From a virus (Duplodnaviria > Heunggongvirae > Uroviricota > Caudoviricetes), in the IMG/VR virus record IMGVR_UViG_2563366942_000012: a stretch of DNA of 46,106 nt; one strand, 5' to 3'. Below the pieces are notes generated by a model that did not search any database, was not told the origin of the DNA, and saw nothing but the letters and a program-made list of their open reading frames with translations. Within the stretch, counting starts at the first letter, position 1, and each line of letters starts with the position of its first letter. Position numbers and translations under genes: made by a program. Below, piece by piece: positions 8,794 through 16,672 of this stretch.

Positions 8794-9564
8794 ATGGAAA
8801 CCGTATCTGACGCACTGAAAGCACTGAAAAAAGCCTCTTCACATGTGGTGGCAGCTCGCCTTGGAATCAGTCGTGAAGAGGCTGTCAACGAGCTGTGGGA
8901 ACTCAAAAGAAAAGGCGTCGTTGATAAAACTGGTCACACCTGGTTTCTGGCTGGCGAAGGTGAATCCCGGGTAACCGAAGAGCGGCCAGTAAAATCTGAA
9001 GCACAGGATATGCTGACCGGGGAGGTCGAACAAAAAGTTACCGCAGACATGATGATTGAGTTTATCGGTCAGGATGGGGCTAAAACGTGTGAGGAACTGG
9101 CGGGTAAGTTCGGTGTCAGTACTCGCAAGGTTGCTTCCACGCTGGCGGTGGTAACCGCAACGGGGCGGCTGGCACGCGTTAATCAGAACGGTAAATTTCG
9201 TTACTGCATGCCGGGCGATAATTTACCAGCAGAGCCGAAAGCCGCGCTGGTAACGGAAAGTGATGGTAAGGCCTTTCCTCAGCCAGCAGGTGCTGCGTTA
9301 CCAGGCCGGGAAGCCGCAACACAGGAAGAAATTAAAACAGAAACTGTGGCGGACATTGTGCAGTCGTTGCCATCGTTTACCGAAACGCAAGCAGATGAGC
9401 TGATTTTTCCGTCCCTGCGCAGGGCAAACCTGGCGCTGCGCAGGGCGAAAAGTGATGTTCAGAAGTGGGAGCGAGTCTGCGCCGCGCTGCGGGAGCTGAA
9501 CAAGCACCGGGATATTGTTCGACAGATTACTGATTCTTCCCGCCGTGTTGTATCGGAAAAGTGA
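8794..9564 (+). CDS. Hypothetical protein with two winged-helix-like segments
   Basis: 256 aa ORF with GGAGGA Shine-Dalgarno; no catalytic motif recognised. Confidence 0.5.
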   Translation: METVSDALKALKKASSHVVAARLGISREEAVNELWELKRKGVVDKTGHTWFLAGEGESRVTEERPVKSEAQDMLTGEVEQKVTADMMIEFIGQDGAKTCEELAGKFGVSTRKVASTLAVVTATGRLARVNQNGKFRYCMPGDNLPAEPKAALVTESDGKAFPQPAGAALPGREAATQEEIKTETVADIVQSLPSFTETQADELIFPSLRRANLALRRAKSDVQKWERVCAALRELNKHRDIVRQITDSSRRVVSEK

Positions 9565-10005
9565 TTGCCGGAGGCGCTTATGGCAAAAGTATTTACACAA
9601 GAAGAGCGGGAAAAAATTAAAGGGCAGGTTGTTGAACTTGTACGTCTGAGCGGTCGCGAGACGTTACGGCAACTGGAAGCCAAGACAGGTGCGACAAGAT
9701 ATCTGATGAGCGTTCTTGCCAGAGAGCTGGTTGCCAGTGGCGATGTATACGACTCTGGTTACGGGTTATTCCCGTCTGAACAGGCGCGTAAGGACTGGCA
9801 AAATGCTCGCAAAAAACTCTCAAGGGCAAAGGTGAAGAAACCTGCAGTGGTTGATCCGGACCTTATCTGGTCGTTACCAGACGGCGAAATACGCCGCTAC
9901 GACAGGCGCCTGAATATAATCTGTCGCGAGTGCCGGAAGAGCGAAGCTATGCAGCGTGTACTGGCATTTTATCAAGGAAATGTTAGGTATTTTAGACGTT
10001 ACTAG
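9565..10005 (+). CDS. Hypothetical protein
   Basis: 146 aa ORF contiguous with the upstream gene; start may be the ATG at 9580. Confidence 0.45.
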   Translation: MPEALMAKVFTQEEREKIKGQVVELVRLSGRETLRQLEAKTGATRYLMSVLARELVASGDVYDSGYGLFPSEQARKDWQNARKKLSRAKVKKPAVVDPDLIWSLPDGEIRRYDRRLNIICRECRKSEAMQRVLAFYQGNVRYFRRY

Positions 10006-10158
10006 ATTAAAGAGCATTAGTTCAGATGTGAATTGACATTTTCATGGCGCAGGGTAGAGCCAGCGTGGTTGTCCGCTTTGCGTCAAAACCAGATATTACC
10101 AGATTTAGACATATATTCCCGATAGACCTGCTCTGATGCTACACTCTGTGCTATTTTC

Positions 10159-10845
10159 ATGACCCCAATAAAAATATTTATGACTATTGCTGATTTCAAA
10201 CGGCCTAAATTGGAGCTCCCAAACGGGGCAAACAAACTACTACTGCACTCTTGCTGTGCTCCATGTTCCGGTGAAGTGATGGAGGCGCTTCAGGCCTCGG
10301 GAATCGACTACACCATCTTTTTCTACAACCCGAACATTCATCCTCAGAAAGAGTATTTAATTCGTAAGGATGAAAATATTCGCTTTGCTGAACAACACGG
10401 CGTGCCGTTTATCGATGCTGATTACGACACCGACAACTGGTTTGAACGTGCCAAAGGAATGGAATGGGAGCCTGAGAGGGGGATCCGTTGTACCATGTGT
10501 TTTGACATGCGTTTTGAGCGGACAGCGTTGTACGCTGCTGAAAATGGTTTCAGTGTGATCAGCAGTTCACTGGGCATTTCACGCTGGAAAAATATGCAGC
10601 AGGTTAACGAGTGTGGGCGGCGAGCTGTTGCGCATTATCCGGGTATGGTGTACTGGGATTATAACTGGCGCAAGCAGAGCGGCTCGTCCCGTATGATTGA
10701 AATCAGCAAGCGCGAAAAATTCTATCAGCAGGAATATTGTGGCTGTGTGTATTCTCTGCGCGATACCAATCTACACCGCAAATCTCAGGGACGCCCTCTT
10801 ATCAAAATTGGCCAACTCCACTACGGAAAAGAAGAGAAGGAGTGA
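10159..10845 (+). CDS. queH: QueH-like epoxyqueuosine reductase (DUF208 family)
   Basis: 228 aa with the HSCCAPCS cysteine motif near the N-terminus plus downstream Cys residues (CTMCFD, CGCVYS) characteristic of QueH; preceded by a 150 bp intergenic region; start codon uncertain (no clear Shine-Dalgarno). Confidence 0.6.
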   Translation: MTPIKIFMTIADFKRPKLELPNGANKLLLHSCCAPCSGEVMEALQASGIDYTIFFYNPNIHPQKEYLIRKDENIRFAEQHGVPFIDADYDTDNWFERAKGMEWEPERGIRCTMCFDMRFERTALYAAENGFSVISSSLGISRWKNMQQVNECGRRAVAHYPGMVYWDYNWRKQSGSSRMIEISKREKFYQQEYCGCVYSLRDTNLHRKSQGRPLIKIGQLHYGKEEKE

Positions 10846-11082
10846 TTTTATGGATCACCTTTCTGATTGATTTCATATTGGCGAGGTGACGTGAGTTAAG
10901 TAGAATGGCTGCGGGTGCTTGAGGCTATCTGTCTCAGGCATGAACACTGAAAGGCAGATAGAGAAAAGCCCCAGTTAACATTTCGCGTCCTGCAAGACGC
11001 TTAACATTAATCTGAGGCCCAATCTATGTCTCACAAATGTAGGTTAGCCTCTTACGTGCCGAAAGGCAAGGGGAAGCAGGCT

Positions 11083-11238
11083 ATGAAGCAGCAAAAGGCG
11101 ATGTTAATCGCCCTGATCGTCATCTGTTTAACCGTCATAGTGACGGCACTGGTAACGAGGAAAGACCTCTGCGAGGTACGACTCCGAACCGGCCAGACGG
11201 AGGTCGCTGTCTTCACAGCTTACGAACCTGAGGAGTAA
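11083..11238 (+). CDS. hok: Hok/Gef-family type I toxin (HokD/RelF-like)
   Basis: 51 aa MKQQKAMLIALIVICLTVIVTALVTRKDLCEVRLRTGQTEVAVFTAYEPEE matches the Hok family; in-frame upstream extension resembles a mok-like leader ORF. Confidence 0.8.
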   Translation: MKQQKAMLIALIVICLTVIVTALVTRKDLCEVRLRTGQTEVAVFTAYEPEE

Positions 11239-11299
11239 GAGACCTGGCGGGGGAGAAATCCCTCGCCACCTCTGATGTGTCAGGCATCCTCAACGCACC

Positions 11300-11335
11300 C
11301 GCACTTAACCCGCTTCGGCGGGTTTTGTTTTTTTC
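11300..11335 (+). terminator. Rho-independent terminator after hok
   Basis: CCCGC-TTCG-GCGGG hairpin followed by TTTTGTTTTTTT. Confidence 0.65.
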
Positions 11336-11405
11336 TGGCATTCTGGTTTACAATTCGCACGTCAGCCTGAACACCTGACACCTGCTGCGCCAGCAGAGAA
11401 AACAG

Positions 11406-11678
11406 ATGGCGCACAAAACCAAATTTCACAATTCTGATACCGACCTTGCCATCCGGCATGGGCGGCGTTCACACGCATTTAAAACCGACTGGTACCAACA
11501 CCCACCATGTACTGAAGAACAGGCCGAATGGCTAATTCATAACTACCGCAGACGCGGATACGAGATTAAGAAAGCCCTCAGCCTCGATTATCGTCACTGG
11601 ATAATCTCCGTCAGGCTTCCTTACTCTGAACGCCCACCGCGTCCGTCCCGCACATTCCAGCAACGCATCTGGAGGTAA
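11406..11678 (+). CDS. Hypothetical nin-region protein
   Basis: 90 aa ORF immediately upstream of the next gene (stop 11678, start 11680). Confidence 0.45.
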   Translation: MAHKTKFHNSDTDLAIRHGRRSHAFKTDWYQHPPCTEEQAEWLIHNYRRRGYEIKKALSLDYRHWIISVRLPYSERPPRPSRTFQQRIWR

Positions 11679-11679
11679 C

Positions 11680-12735
11680 GTGCGGGTATTACTTCGACCT
11701 GTTCTGGTACCGGAACTCGGGCTGGTGATCGTTAAGCCGGGCCGTGAATCCATGCCGGTATTCCACAATACCCGGGTACTGGTGGAGCCGGAACCGAAAA
11801 GCATGCGTAATCTGCCGTCCGGGGTCGTTCCTGCCGTTCGCCAGCCGCTGGCGGAGGATAAATCATTACTGCCATTTTTCAGCGACGAACGAGTGATTCG
11901 TGCTGCTGGTGGCGCTGGCGCATTGTCTGACTGGTTACTGCGCCATGTTAAATCCTGCCAGTGGCCACACGGCGATTATCACCACAGTGAAACCGTCATT
12001 CACCGTTATGGTACCGGCGCAATGGTGTTGTGCTGGCACTGCGACAACCAGCTGCGCGACCAGACCTCCGAATCACTCGGGCAACTTGCTCACCAAAACC
12101 TGTCTGCATGGATGATTGACGTCATACGCCATGCAATGAATGGCTCGCAGGAACGGGAATTATCGCTGGCTGAATTATCCTGGTGGGCGGTCCGCAATCA
12201 GGTGGCGGACGCGCTACCGGAAGCGGTATTACGTCGTTCGCTGGGGTTGCGTGCGGAAAAAATCCGCTCAATGTACCGTGAAAGCGACATCGTACCGGGA
12301 GAGCAGACCGCCACCAGCATACTGAAGCAGCGCACAAAAAATCTTGCGCCGCTGCCTCACGCCCACCAGCAAAACCCGCCACAGGAAAAGACGGTGGTCA
12401 GCATTGCCGTTGATCCGGAGTCACCGGCTCAGTATCTCCAGCGCCAGAAATCACAACGGGAAGAGATGCCTGTATACACGCGTTGGGTAAAAACGCAGAA
12501 ATGCATGACGTGTGGCAATCAGGCAGATGATCCGCATCACATCATTGGTCATGGACTGGGAGGGATGGGAACAAAGGCTGATGATTTGTTTGTTATTCCG
12601 CTGTGCCGTAAATGCCATAGCGAACTACACGCCGGGGTAAAAGATTTTGAAGAAAAACACGGCAGCCAGCTGTTGTTGCTGATTCGTTTTTTAATGCACG
12701 CGAGAAATTCGGGTGTTCTGAAGTGGAAAGCATAA
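11680..12735 (+). CDS. Nin-region protein with C-terminal HNH/zinc-finger nuclease-like motif (DUF968-like)
   Basis: 351 aa; C-terminus has CxxC...HHIIGHG...CRKCH; immediately upstream of rusA. Confidence 0.5.
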   Translation: MRVLLRPVLVPELGLVIVKPGRESMPVFHNTRVLVEPEPKSMRNLPSGVVPAVRQPLAEDKSLLPFFSDERVIRAAGGAGALSDWLLRHVKSCQWPHGDYHHSETVIHRYGTGAMVLCWHCDNQLRDQTSESLGQLAHQNLSAWMIDVIRHAMNGSQERELSLAELSWWAVRNQVADALPEAVLRRSLGLRAEKIRSMYRESDIVPGEQTATSILKQRTKNLAPLPHAHQQNPPQEKTVVSIAVDPESPAQYLQRQKSQREEMPVYTRWVKTQKCMTCGNQADDPHHIIGHGLGGMGTKADDLFVIPLCRKCHSELHAGVKDFEEKHGSQLLLLIRFLMHARNSGVLKWKA

Positions 12736-13101
12736 ATGACTGAACGCATAGAATTTGTTTTGCCTTACCCGCCAACGGTGAACACTTACTGGCGACGTCG
12801 TGGCAGCACATATTTTGTATCAAAAGTCGGTGAGCGTTATCGCCGTGATGTGGCGCTTATTGTTCGCCAGCAGCAACTGAAATTAAACCTGTCCGGAAGG
12901 CCGGCAATAGAAATTATTGCAGAGCCACCGGATAAGCGCCGTCGTGACCTGGACAATATCCTGAAGGCACCACTGGATGTACTGACGCATGCGGGGCTGC
13001 TCATAGACGACGAGCAGTTTGATGAAATTAATATTGTGCGCGGTCAGCTTGTTCCTGGTGGGCGGTTGGGGATAAAAATCACAGAACTGGAGTACGCATG
13101 A
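12736..13101 (+). CDS. rusA: Holliday junction resolvase RusA
   Basis: 121 aa; FVLPYPPTVNTYWRRRG and RRRDLDNILKAPLDVL motifs match the RusA family. Confidence 0.85.
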   Translation: MTERIEFVLPYPPTVNTYWRRRGSTYFVSKVGERYRRDVALIVRQQQLKLNLSGRPAIEIIAEPPDKRRRDLDNILKAPLDVLTHAGLLIDDEQFDEINIVRGQLVPGGRLGIKITELEYA

Positions 13102-13787
13102 ATAACCAGTATTTACAGTTTGTTCGTGAGCAACTCATGATTGCCACCGCCGATTTGAGTGGATCAACAAAAGGGCAGCTTGAGGCCTGGCAGGAGAATG
13201 CCATGTTTGATACAGGGCGTTACAGGCGTAAAAAAATCCGGTACCGCGATGAAGTGACTGGAAAAATGATAACGCGGGATAATCCACCAATCCCGGGAAA
13301 GCAATCGCTGGCGAAGGGGGTGTCAATTCCTCTCGTCAGTCCGGTTGAGTTTTCGACATCATCGTGGCGGCGGGCTGTTCTGTCTCTTGAAGAACATCAT
13401 AAAGCCTGGTTGTTGTGGTGTTACAGCGGGAGTATTTGTTGGGAATATCAGATCGCGATAACGCAGTGGGTGTGGAATGAATTTAAAACCCGGTACGGCA
13501 CCAGAAAAATTGCAGGGAAAACGCAGGAGCGCGTGAAGAAGTTGATCTGGCTGGCGGCACAGGATGTCAGAGGATGGATTACCGGGTGTGAGGTCTACCA
13601 GAGACAGGAGCTTGCCAGACTGTGTGGAGTTAAGCCTGATAACTGGAGCCATAATTATGCGAACTACTGGCGTGAGATGTGCGATATTTTTAAGAGTCTC
13701 GATAGAGAATCTGTGATTTGCACCGTGAAAATAAGAGCGCAACAAAAAGCGACTTTTTCACGACGAGATATTGCAAAAGTCAATTAA
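13098..13787 (+). CDS. Putative late-gene antiterminator Q
   Basis: 229 aa ORF directly after rusA and followed by a promoter-like element plus terminator; position and size typical of lambdoid Q. Family assignment from memory is tentative. Confidence 0.5.
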   Translation: MNNQYLQFVREQLMIATADLSGSTKGQLEAWQENAMFDTGRYRRKKIRYRDEVTGKMITRDNPPIPGKQSLAKGVSIPLVSPVEFSTSSWRRAVLSLEEHHKAWLLWCYSGSICWEYQIAITQWVWNEFKTRYGTRKIAGKTQERVKKLIWLAAQDVRGWITGCEVYQRQELARLCGVKPDNWSHNYANYWREMCDIFKSLDRESVICTVKIRAQQKATFSRRDIAKVN

Positions 13788-13789
13788 AT

Positions 13790-13885
13790 AGCGTACGTTT
13801 CGTATAAATCTGATATTTTGCCGATTTTGTACGCGATGGCAAAGTAAGAAAAAAAACTGCCGTCAGGCGGTTTTTTTTTATGCCC
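13790..13885 (+). promoter_or_regulatory. Candidate late promoter and terminator (PR'/tR'-like)
   Basis: TCAATT-17-TATAAA promoter-like hexamers directly after the Q-like gene, then A-run / imperfect hairpin / T9 bidirectional terminator-like structure around 13850..13880. Confidence 0.35.
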
Positions 13886-14001
13886 AAAATCGCGTCAGTA
13901 CAGTAAACACGCTGGTGGTTGCGAATACGGGTCTTTCAGCTTGCTGGCTTTTTCGACAAGAGTTATTGGTATGTCACGTTAACCGGAAAAAGGAAAAAGA
14001 C

Positions 14002-14199
14002 ATGCTAAAACAGCAGGATATGACAGAAACCGCCAGAGTGGTGTTTAATGAATTAAGCGTTACCGAACCGGCGACAGTCGGGGAGATAGCGCAGAATACT
14101 TACCTTTCACGCGAACGCTGCCAGTTAATACTGACTCAGCTGGTTATGGCGGGTCTGGCAGACTATCAGTTCGGTTGTTACAGACGCCTTCCGCAGTGA
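14002..14199 (+). CDS. Small winged-helix-like protein upstream of the DNA methyltransferase
   Basis: 65 aa from ATG with AAGGAAAAAG Shine-Dalgarno; followed by its own hairpin terminator. Confidence 0.45.
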   Translation: MLKQQDMTETARVVFNELSVTEPATVGEIAQNTYLSRERCQLILTQLVMAGLADYQFGCYRRLPQ

Positions 14200-14212
14200 A
14201 GGCTTTTTTATT
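14182..14212 (+). terminator. Rho-independent terminator
   Basis: GCCTTC-CGCAGT-GAAGGC perfect hairpin followed by TTTTTT. Confidence 0.6.
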
Positions 14213-14349
14213 TGTGGTAAATGGGCGGCTGGTGGGTGTTAGGGGCACTTACCAGCCATCTGCTCATGCGTTGGGTTCACAAGCAAACCTCAGGCCCACT
14301 GCTTTGCGCAAAAGCAGAATGAGCCTATCAGAGACAGGCTTAATGATCC

Positions 14350-15399
14350 ATGCTTAATACTGTAAAAATATCCAGTTGTGAGTTAATCAACGCCGACTGC
14401 CTGGAATTTATCCGGTCGTTACCCGAAAATTCTGTTGACCTGATAGTCACGGACCCGCCGTACTTTAAAGTGAAGCCTGAGGGCTGGGATAACCAGTGGA
14501 AGGGCGACGATGATTACCTGAAGTGGCTGGACCAGTGTCTGGCGCAGTTCTGGCGGGTGCTGAAACCTGTCGGAAGTCTTTACCTGTTCTGTGGTCATCG
14601 CCTGGCATCTGATATCGAAATCATGATGCGTGAACGCTTCAGTGTGCTGAACCATATTATCTGGGCGAAGCCGTCCGGACGCTGGAACGGATGCAACAAG
14701 GAAAGCCTGCGGGCGTATTTCCCCGCCACAGAGCGCATTCTGTTCGCGGAACATTATCAGGGGCCGTATCGTCCGAAAGATGCCGGGTATGCGGCGAAGG
14801 GCAGTGCACTGAAACAGCATGTGATGGCCCCGCTGATTTCTTACTTTCGTGATGCGCGCGCTGCCTTGGGGATAACGGCAAAACAGATTGCAGATGCCAC
14901 AGGAAAGAAAAACATGGTGTCGCACTGGTTCAGTGCCAGTCAGTGGCAGCTACCGAACGAAAGCGATTATCTGAAATTACAGTCGCTGTTTGCCCGGGTG
15001 GCAGAAGAGAAACATCAGCGCGGTGAACTGGAAAAGCCCCACCACCAGCTGGTGGATACGTATACGTCACTGAACCGGCAGTATGTGGAGCTGCAGAGTG
15101 AATATAAGCATCTGCGGCGGTATTTTGGTGTGACGGCGCAGGTGCCGTACACGGATGTGTGGACACATAAACCGGTGCAGTTCTATCCCGGGAAACATCC
15201 GTGCGAAAAACCGGCAGAAATGCTGCAGCAGATAATCAGCGCAAGCAGTCGTCCGGGTGACCTGGTTGCAGATTTTTTTATGGGCTCAGGTTCAACGGTA
15301 AAAGTGGCACTGGCGCTCGGGCGTCGTGCGATTGGCGTTGAACTGGAGACCGGACGTTTTGAGCAGACAGTCAGGGAAGTTCAGGATTTAATCGTTTGA
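14350..15399 (+). CDS. Orphan DNA methyltransferase (N6-adenine/N4-cytosine class, DPPY motif)
   Basis: 349 aa; catalytic motif IV DPPY near the N-terminus and AdoMet motif FFMGSGST near the C-terminus; no adjacent restriction endonuclease candidate. Confidence 0.8.
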   Translation: MLNTVKISSCELINADCLEFIRSLPENSVDLIVTDPPYFKVKPEGWDNQWKGDDDYLKWLDQCLAQFWRVLKPVGSLYLFCGHRLASDIEIMMRERFSVLNHIIWAKPSGRWNGCNKESLRAYFPATERILFAEHYQGPYRPKDAGYAAKGSALKQHVMAPLISYFRDARAALGITAKQIADATGKKNMVSHWFSASQWQLPNESDYLKLQSLFARVAEEKHQRGELEKPHHQLVDTYTSLNRQYVELQSEYKHLRRYFGVTAQVPYTDVWTHKPVQFYPGKHPCEKPAEMLQQIISASSRPGDLVADFFMGSGSTVKVALALGRRAIGVELETGRFEQTVREVQDLIV

Positions 15400-15447
15400 A
15401 ACGGATGAGATTGCAGAATTAATTACGCACCATTATTATTCTGCTCC

Positions 15448-15523
15448 CGGCCCTTTAGCTCAGTGGTGAGAGCGAGCGACTCATAATCGCCAGGTCGCTG
15501 GTTCAAATCCAGCAAGGGCCACC
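15448..15523 (+). tRNA. tRNA with CAU anticodon, ileX-like (tRNA-Ile2, lysidine) rather than tRNA-Met
   Basis: 76 nt cloverleaf: acceptor GGCCCTT/AAGGGCC, anticodon loop CUCAUAA, T-loop TTCAAAT, 3' CCA; close to my recollection of E. coli ileX. Confidence 0.8.
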
Positions 15524-15530
15524 ATCACAT

Positions 15531-15607
15531 ACCGCCATTAGCTCATCAGGAAAGAGCGCCAGCTTTCGAAGCTGGTTGCGCGGAGTTCGGGTCCCCGAAG
15601 GCGGTCC
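15531..15607 (+). tRNA. tRNA-Arg-like (UCG anticodon), with non-canonical features
   Basis: 77 nt cloverleaf with anticodon loop UUUCGAA and 3' CCA, but one mismatch each in acceptor and T stems and an unusual T-loop TTCGGGT; middle tRNA of the Stx-phage-style ile-arg-arg trio. Confidence 0.55.
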
Positions 15608-15620
15608 ATTATCTGTATCC

Positions 15621-15697
15621 TGCGTTGTTAGCTCAGCCGGACAGAGCAATTGCCTTCTAAGCAATCGGTCACTGGTTCGAATCCAGTACAACGCGCC
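15621..15697 (+). tRNA. tRNA-Arg (UCU anticodon)
   Basis: 77 nt; acceptor GCGTTGT/ACAACGC, anticodon loop CUUCUAA, T-loop TTCGAAT, 3' CCA. Confidence 0.85.
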
Positions 15698-15710
15698 ACA
15701 CTTATTTTCC

Positions 15711-15740
15711 CTGGCTCGCTTTTGCGGGCTTTTTTTAAAT
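15711..15740 (+). terminator. Rho-independent terminator after the tRNA cluster
   Basis: CTCGC-TTTT-GCGGG hairpin (one G-U pair) followed by CTTTTTTT. Confidence 0.5.
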
Positions 15741-15742
15741 GT

Positions 15743-15957
15743 CTCACAATTCAGGCGGTTGACTGTTGTCTGGTTTGCGGGGAGTTTGTTAAAAGAAACT
15801 GGCATGGTGAATCCCCCTGTGCGGAGGGGCAATCAGCGAGTAGGTATATGGGATAATCGCGGATTCAGGTGCTGGTACTGAATTCACCGGGAGGCACCCG
15901 GCACCATGCAATGGCACATAGCGCCACTCTCCAGCCCCTCTCCGGAGGGGCTTTTCT
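15743..15957 (+). repeat. Structured repeat unit, copy 1, ending in a strong intrinsic terminator
   Basis: Shares CTCACAATTCAG...GTTGAC...GGTGAATCCCCCTG(T/A)GCGGAGGGGC...CACCGGGAGGCACCCGGCACCATG...AGCCCCTCTCCGGAGGGGCTTT with copy 2; three GC-rich hairpins, the last being a perfect 8 bp stem plus T-run. Confidence 0.7.
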
Positions 15958-16146
15958 GTGCCGGATACATCACAGTTTCTGGAACCTTAGGTACTACAGT
16001 ATCAGTCAGGGTGCTATATTTTCAGATGTGATGAAAGCCTGTCAGCAGGCAGGGCGTATCGGAAATGACCCAGTAGAGAAAACGTTGACTCAGATACCGG
16101 TGCTGAGTTACCGGGAAACCGGCATCACATGACCGCTATCCTTCCA

Positions 16147-16176
16147 GGCCCATCCGCTCCGGTGGGCCTTTTTACT
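16147..16176 (+). terminator. Rho-independent terminator between the two repeat copies
   Basis: AGGCCCA-TCCGCTCCGG-TGGGCCT hairpin followed by TTTTT. Confidence 0.6.
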
Positions 16177-16210
16177 GCAGAAAACAGGTTCCCCGTTAAA
16201 TGCTATGTTG

Positions 16211-16443
16211 CTCACAATTCAGTAAGTTGACAGTTGCCTGTCAGACTGGGCATTTGTTAAAAAAATTTCGCATGGTGAATCCCCCTGAGCGGAGGGGCGA
16301 CTGGTGACGGTATAATCTCTGATTATCAAAACGAGAATGACGCGGGTTTAGTGGCACCGGGCTGAACTCACCGGGAGGCACCCGGCACCATGTGCATGAT
16401 GATACAGATACGCGGCTTTAGCCCCTCTCCGGAGGGGCTTTCT
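16211..16443 (+). repeat. Structured repeat unit, copy 2, ending in the same terminator hairpin
   Basis: Imperfect direct repeat of 15743..15957 with the same hairpins; contains TTGACA and a perfect TATAAT hexamer (not at consensus spacing to each other). Confidence 0.7.
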
Positions 16444-16672
16444 TATGGACAAAAAAAGCCCGCGCTGGGAGACGCGGGCGGCAAGGAATAAACAATAAAA
16501 CGTGAAGTAATATTTCAGCTGGCGAATAATACCCCATAGTAATCACTCTGCGCAACTGCGCGGTCTTTTTCGAATTGCGGGCTGTAGTCTCCCTTCTGCC
16601 ATTGTCCTGTAACTTCCGGACTTCAGCCTGCTCCTTATCTGACTCACAACATTATCCCGCCCGGGAGGATTC

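Noticed and set aside
14419-14925. 168 aa minus-strand ORF inside the DNA methyltransferase gene
   Set aside because: Overlaps the region encoding the DPPY catalytic motif on the other strand; no start context.
15869-16132. 87 aa ORF overlapping the structured repeat
   Set aside because: Starts within the GC-rich hairpin region, has no ribosome-binding site, and its frame is not preserved in the second repeat copy.
15700-16672. Search for stxA/stxB between the tRNA cluster and nanS-p
   Set aside because: No ORF with signal peptide or ricin-A-like/B-pentamer features is present; the slot contains only repeats and terminators.
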